64,000 nucleotides of DNA from Piromyces finnis finn (lineage: Eukaryota > Fungi > Neocallimastigomycota), in assembly GCA_002104945.1 (NCBI GenBank), contig MCFH01000028.1:434001-498000 (forward strand). The letters are read 5' to 3'. The position numbers were made by a program, and so were the translations under genes. A model generated the notes under the pieces. It saw nothing but the letters and a program-made list of their open reading frames with translations. It was not told the DNA's origin and searched no databases. Positions 58,260 to 64,000 of this stretch are shown here, in pieces; position 1 is the stretch's first letter, and each line of letters starts with the position of its first letter.

Positions 58260-60375
58260 TTTTGATTGCAATAATTATCGTGGTATTTCTCTCATCAACG
58301 TAGGTCTTAAAATCATTTCAAAAATTGTAATTAATAGAATTTCAAAGTATGCTCTTTTTCATAATTTTATAAGACCTGAGCAATTTGGTTTTCGCAATAA
58401 AGAAGAATGCATTAGCTTATTTATTTCCATTAGAGAAATCTGTCAAAGAAGAAAATTTAAAGGAAAAGCCACTTATGTTGCTTTTCTTGACCTTAAAAAA
58501 GCATACGACTCAGTTCCTATTTTTAATATCCTTACAAAGTTATATAAATTAGGTATACGTGGTAAGTGTTTTGGCTTTCTCAATAATCTCTACTCTACCT
58601 CAAAAGCTCGTGCACGTTTCTTGGATATGCTTTCCAATGAATTCCCTATCAATCGTGGTGTAAGACAAAGATGTCCTCTTTCTCCTATTCTATTTAATCT
58701 CTTCATCAATGATATTTTAAATAAATGTGAAAGGCTTGGGGTTAGCTTAGGAAATAAACGTTTCTGTGGTGGCCTTTTCGCTGATGACATTGTTCTAATT
58801 GCTCCTAGCAAGAAGAACCTTCAAAAAATGCTCAATCTAGTCCTTGATTGGGCTAATTTAAATGAAATGTCTTTTGGAATAAATAAATGTGCAACTATTG
58901 TTATTAAACCTATCAACTTTAATAGATCCCCTAGTTATGTCGACCCAACATTTTACATCAGTATGTACTCGATTCCAAAGGTTTCTTGCTATACTTATCT
59001 TGGAATCCCATTTGACGAAGATCTCTCTCTGACTTCTATTCTGTCTAATATGTACAAAAAAGTTCAGAAATCTTTATTCTCTTTTAAGAGCTTTAAGAGC
59101 TTCCTCACTAACAATTGTATTCCTATTGGTTTAAAAAATATAGTAATTCATTTCTATATTTTAAGCAAAGTATCTTATTATACTCCTTTACTTGGTTCCA
59201 ACAAAAATAGAACTAGAAGAGTCCAATCTCTTATCAATACTGCTGTTTTTTATAGAGTGTCAATAGCTTTCACAATAAAAGTCTTAATAACAAAGATTTT
59301 GTTTTTGAATAAAATTCATTTATTAGTCTGTATGCTCTTACAAGAGTACAAGAGATATGAAGATTCCTACCCTTTCAGGTATTTGTGCTGCGCAACAAGT
59401 GAAATGCTTTGTTAAATGGAGAAAATCAAATTGTATAATTAAAGATCTCGTCCGTTCTATTCCTTCCATGTCTCATTACTCTTGGGCCAAAGAATCTTGT
59501 TCACTTCATAAGAAGCTTATGAAAATAAATATTAAAAGTACTAAAGATATTAGAGAATACTATTGGAATAATAGTAGCCTAAATAATGGAAGTCAAGCCT
59601 TCAGATATACTAACAACAAATTCCTTAATTCAAATCGCCTAATGCATATCGGTCTCAACAAACCTCACTTAAATTTAGGAATTACCTGGATTATTCGTAT
59701 TCGATGCGGTTATGAATACACTACTTGAATTGCTATTGCCAGTAATAGAGTTACTCCTGACTGCCCTCGTGTCTGTCCATGTTGCGGATATGACGAACAA
59801 TCTTTTTACCATTGGATATTAGAATGTTCTGCATTCTCTGAGTACAGAACTTTTTCATTTTGCTTTCTTGACGATCTTTTTACCCTTTTTTTACAATAAA
59901 TATAAGAATCAATTCATCACATACTTACTCCCTGAAATGGAAGTAAGAAAAACAGTTTATAACTATATTTTTACGTTCCTTCTTGGTGGAACTTTAGCTT
60001 ATGATGAGCTACAAATCGATAAGACGGAACAAAGACATTTGAATGAACAACTTTACAGTTCATCGGGGTCTCATGTTCCATATGTAGAGGGTCTCGCGGC
60101 TTTTTAATAGGTTTAGTAAGACACCTAACGTAATCAAGAGTGCCGACATCGTACCGATATGGCAAAGGAACATTTCTAATGTTCCGTACACAGGGTTCAA
60201 TGTTAGTATTTCTTTGAATAAAAACATTATGAACTCATGGGAGAGTTTAGTGGACACTACACTATCATACCTGATGTTACTTCTTTTTTTTATTTCATTT
60301 AATTTATTAGGTAGGGACCAATCCCACACAGTACAAATTGCAGAGTTCATTGAACTTTTATGCAACTTAAATAAT
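58260..60375 (+). mobile_element. 5'-truncated, disabled non-LTR retrotransposon (LINE): RT domain, C-terminal Cys/His knuckle and 3' UTR
   Basis: DCNNYRGISL, EQFGFR, FLDLKKAYDSV, GVRQRCPLSP (G>R in the conserved motif), LFADDIVL, YTYLGIPF and CPCCG...HWILEC. Frameshifts lie near 59240 and 59890, and there is an in-frame TGA at 59726-59728. An AT-rich tail follows 60375. Confidence 0.93.
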
Positions 60376-61029
60376 TATTTTATATTATTTATATTTTTAT
60401 TTTTATATATTTTATTATTTTATTTATTTTTTATTATATCAATATGTATTATCACCTAATATTATGTAATAATACAAATTAAATAAATAAATAAAAAATG
60501 TGTATTCTCTTCCTAGTCTAAAAAAAAAAAAAAAAGAAAAAAGAAAAAAGAAAAAAGAAAAAAAATTATTCATTTTATTTTTTTTTTTTTTTATAAATTT
60601 TATTGTTATTTTCTTATTTATTCTTTTTAAAAAACTAAATAAATCAAGAAGCATACTTTTTTTCTTGTAAAAAAAAATAAATAACTCTTAATAATTTAAA
60701 GCTAATTTTTTTTTAATACTTTTTTGATTATAATACAGCGGTTATTTAAAATATAATAAATTATAATAATTAAAAATAATTCAATTTAAACTTTTTTTAT
60801 ATATATAAAAAAAAACTTTCATATGTATATTTCTATAATTATTAGTTAATTAACTGAATATCAAAAATGGTCATTATCAATTCAAAATATATTTATATCA
60901 TATTTATATAAATTTATTATAGGAAAGATTATATATAATTGATTCGCTCACTCCAGTCATAGCTTACATTTTATTTTTTACATAAATTAATAATTTAATG
61001 ATGGATATATGTAAAAAGGTTAACAATTT

Positions 61030-61065
<36 letters not shown>

Positions 61066-61881
61066 AAAAAGAATTTAATGTAGTACGAAATGAAATAATG
61101 AAATATATTTGTTTACCCTCCAAAAAAAAAAAAAAAATATAGCTATAAAAATTTTTTGTTTTTATTTTAATTTTATATTGATTTATATACAAATATACTT
61201 TTTCATTTATATAATATATTAAAAGCAAGCAAACAAAAGAAACAATATAAATTATGAATAATTTCCTTGAAAATCAATTGAAACCTGTATTTGGAATTAT
61301 CCAAATTAAAAATACTTTTCTTAAGAATGGAAGAAAATATTTATACTACTATTAAATTAAAAAAGAATAAAAATCAAGATAGTAAGCTCTATTATATTTA
61401 TTTTATTGCGATAGTAATTGATGGTAATATATTATATATTAGTCAACCATTTACTACCATGAGTCATAAGCAATTTTGTAAGAGGAATAAAGATAATTAT
61501 TTTTACAATTTATCTAAATATAATAATAATAAAACTGTACAATGTTATTATGATAATGTTTTATTTCAAAAAACTAAGAATGAATTCAATAATATATTAA
61601 ATTTTAAAATCAATTTTTGTATTTTTTAAAAAAAAATTAATATTCACAAGATAAGTAATAATACATTATTACAAATTTTAAAAGAATACACAATGAATTA
61701 CAAAAACAAAAATAAAAATATAGACAATCTAAACATAAACTATAGCAATGATATAGAATCATATGCTTTTATCTTTGAAAATAGTAGTATAAATAATTAT
61801 TTATATGATAGAACTAATCAAATAATTGATAATAAAAATGGAATTAGTGATTTTATTTCTCAAATCCAGGATAATTCATTT

Positions 61882-62061
<180 letters not shown>

Positions 62062-63374
62062 AGTATTAATAAATTTTATTTTTATGATAACATCAATATA
62101 GATAGTCTAGATGAAATAATAAATATAGCTTCATTATATAATTCAGATAGTATAACTATAGATGAAAATATAAATGATATAAATGTATCATAATAAATGA
62201 TGATATAAATAGTTATCAATTAGGAATAAATTTTCACAAAAATAATATTAATAAATAATAATAATATATTAATTTTTGTATTGTAATATCATCATCAATA
62301 TTTTGAAGAAAATAAATAAATTATGTTATATTTAACATATAACATAAATATTATTTTAATAATCTTGTATAAATGGATAATACATATATAATATATATAA
62401 ATTTTTAACGATTAAATTAAAAGAAAAAGAATATTTATTAAAATTTTATTATATATTATTTTTTACAATTTTTATTATCCAATATATTATTATGAAAGAA
62501 GAGTGGTACAAAAAAATTATAATAAATATATATATATTTTTTTTATAAAATTATTTGTATTTAATGATAATAATAAAAAAAAGGACATGCTTTTAAAGTT
62601 TTAAAGTTTTTAAAAGCTAGAGAGGACGCATCAATTGATTGGAAAAAATAATTTATTAAATTTTGTTATTGCTAGTTAAAATAATTAGATTAATGAAATA
62701 ATGGCTTATATTTAAATATATTAACAAACAAAAGATGTAAATTAAATTTATATTAATTTACTACATGTTTTACAAACCTATCAATTTATGTATTTGTATT
62801 AAATTAATGTAAATGTATTAGCTATTTAATTATTTGTGATATAGAATCAAGCCACAAATAAGAAAAAAATTTTCTTTATTTTAAATTGTCATAGCCTATC
62901 ATATATTAATAATTTAATATATTAATAAATTTTAAATATTATAAATCAATATAAGTTTAAAAAATAAGATGAAATAAACAACATAAAATTTCATTTTAAT
63001 TATAAATATTATTAAAAATATATAATTAAAAATATTCATTTTAAAATAACGCTAATAATATTTTAAAAAATGTATATATTAATAAAAAGTGAAATATGTA
63101 CTTTTTTTTTCTTATTTAAATCTCCAAGAAATATATATATATTTTCTTATTAAAATTTTTATATATAAATCATTATATATTGACAGTAAAAATTAAATCA
63201 TTTTATTTATTACATACCAATATTTCTATTTTATGTTCAAATTACATATTATTTTTATATTATTATAAACTTTAATCATTAATATATATTTAAATAAAAA
63301 AAGATAAAAAGTTCATCAAAAAAGTTTATTTTTTAAGAAAACTATATAAGTTTAAATATTTCACTACGCAAATG

Positions 63375-63408
<34 letters not shown>

Positions 63409-63560
63409 TTAAATAAATATTTTTAAATACCTTAAATTACCAAAATATTTAATAAAGGTGAATATTAAATAATATATATTAATTAAAAAAAAAATCTAAA
63501 TGATTTTTATTTTTTATTTGTTATCTATAGCAAAAAAAAAAAAAATAAAAAAAAAAAAAA

Positions 63561-64000
63561 ATGAATTTTCTACAAATTCATTGCGAAATTGACGATATAA
63601 ATAAAGGTCATGAAAATGCTGAATTTAGAAAATATCTTAAACAACTTCGAGATGAAAATAATGAAAAAGACGTTAAAAAATCTAAAAATCCGTTTATTAT
63701 TTATATTCCTTATATGCAGAAAAACGGTGGTGTAAAAGTAATAGAACGCAAATTTTTATTTAATATTGGAAAAGAACTTAATATTGAAAGTATATACTAC
63801 TTTCAATTGAAAATAAATTGTAAAAACCAAACAACTACAGATAAAATTATTAATAGTTTGACTAATCTGAAAATGGAAGAGCTCGACGTTGAAAATATTG
63901 AATTTAAAAATGGTGAATTTTCAATTGAATGCGAACCAGATGGAAATATACTCTATTTTATAATAATGAAAATTTCAGGATCGTATTATATTTTATCTGC
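63561..64000 (+). CDS. Hypothetical protein, open to the window edge (at least 146 aa)
   Basis: The ATG follows a poly-A run and there is no stop before the end: MNFLQIHCEIDDINKGHENAEFRKYLKQLRDE...IIMKISGSYYILS. It is missing from the ORF track because it has no stop codon. Confidence 0.55.
   Translation, partial: MNFLQIHCEIDDINKGHENAEFRKYLKQLRDENNEKDVKKSKNPFIIYIPYMQKNGGVKVIERKFLFNIGKELNIESIYYFQLKINCKNQTTTDKIINSLTNLKMEELDVENIEFKNGEFSIECEPDGNILYFIIMKISGSYYILS

Noticed and set aside
58165-59415. Intact, active reverse transcriptase gene
   Set aside because: It lacks the endonuclease and ORF1 region, and its start lies in an older element's UTR. The conserved QG motif is mutated to QR, and downstream frameshifts and a stop are present.

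Overview
Extremely AT-rich, intron-rich eukaryotic DNA, almost certainly from an anaerobic gut fungus (Neocallimastigomycota). The evidence is an intronless GH48 cellulase with two fungal dockerins, plus flagellar HYDIN and kinesin-13. Genes reconstructed by hand across GT-AG introns: a 72-aa two-exon orphan with an RRNAI motif (-), NOL8-like RRM protein (+), eIF2-gamma (-), pyroglutamyl-peptidase I (+), AHA1 with 10- and 6-nt micro-exons (-), HYDIN (+, with one 8.85-kb exon), a CDC48/AFG2-like AAA+ ATPase with a degenerate first domain (-), thymidylate synthase (+), ROK1/DDX52 (-), kinesin-13 (+), Cel48 (-), SPB1 (-), a BioY biotin transporter (+) and an unknown ORF running off the right edge. 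There are also three decayed copies of one non-LTR (LINE) family, an 80-bp x4 perfect tandem repeat and an (AAT)n array. The most striking item is at 56293-57386: a spliced, bacterial-type ECF S-component (BioY) fused through a single intron to an N-terminal domain that looks ubiquitin-like. All family calls rest on motifs recognised by eye; no searches were run.
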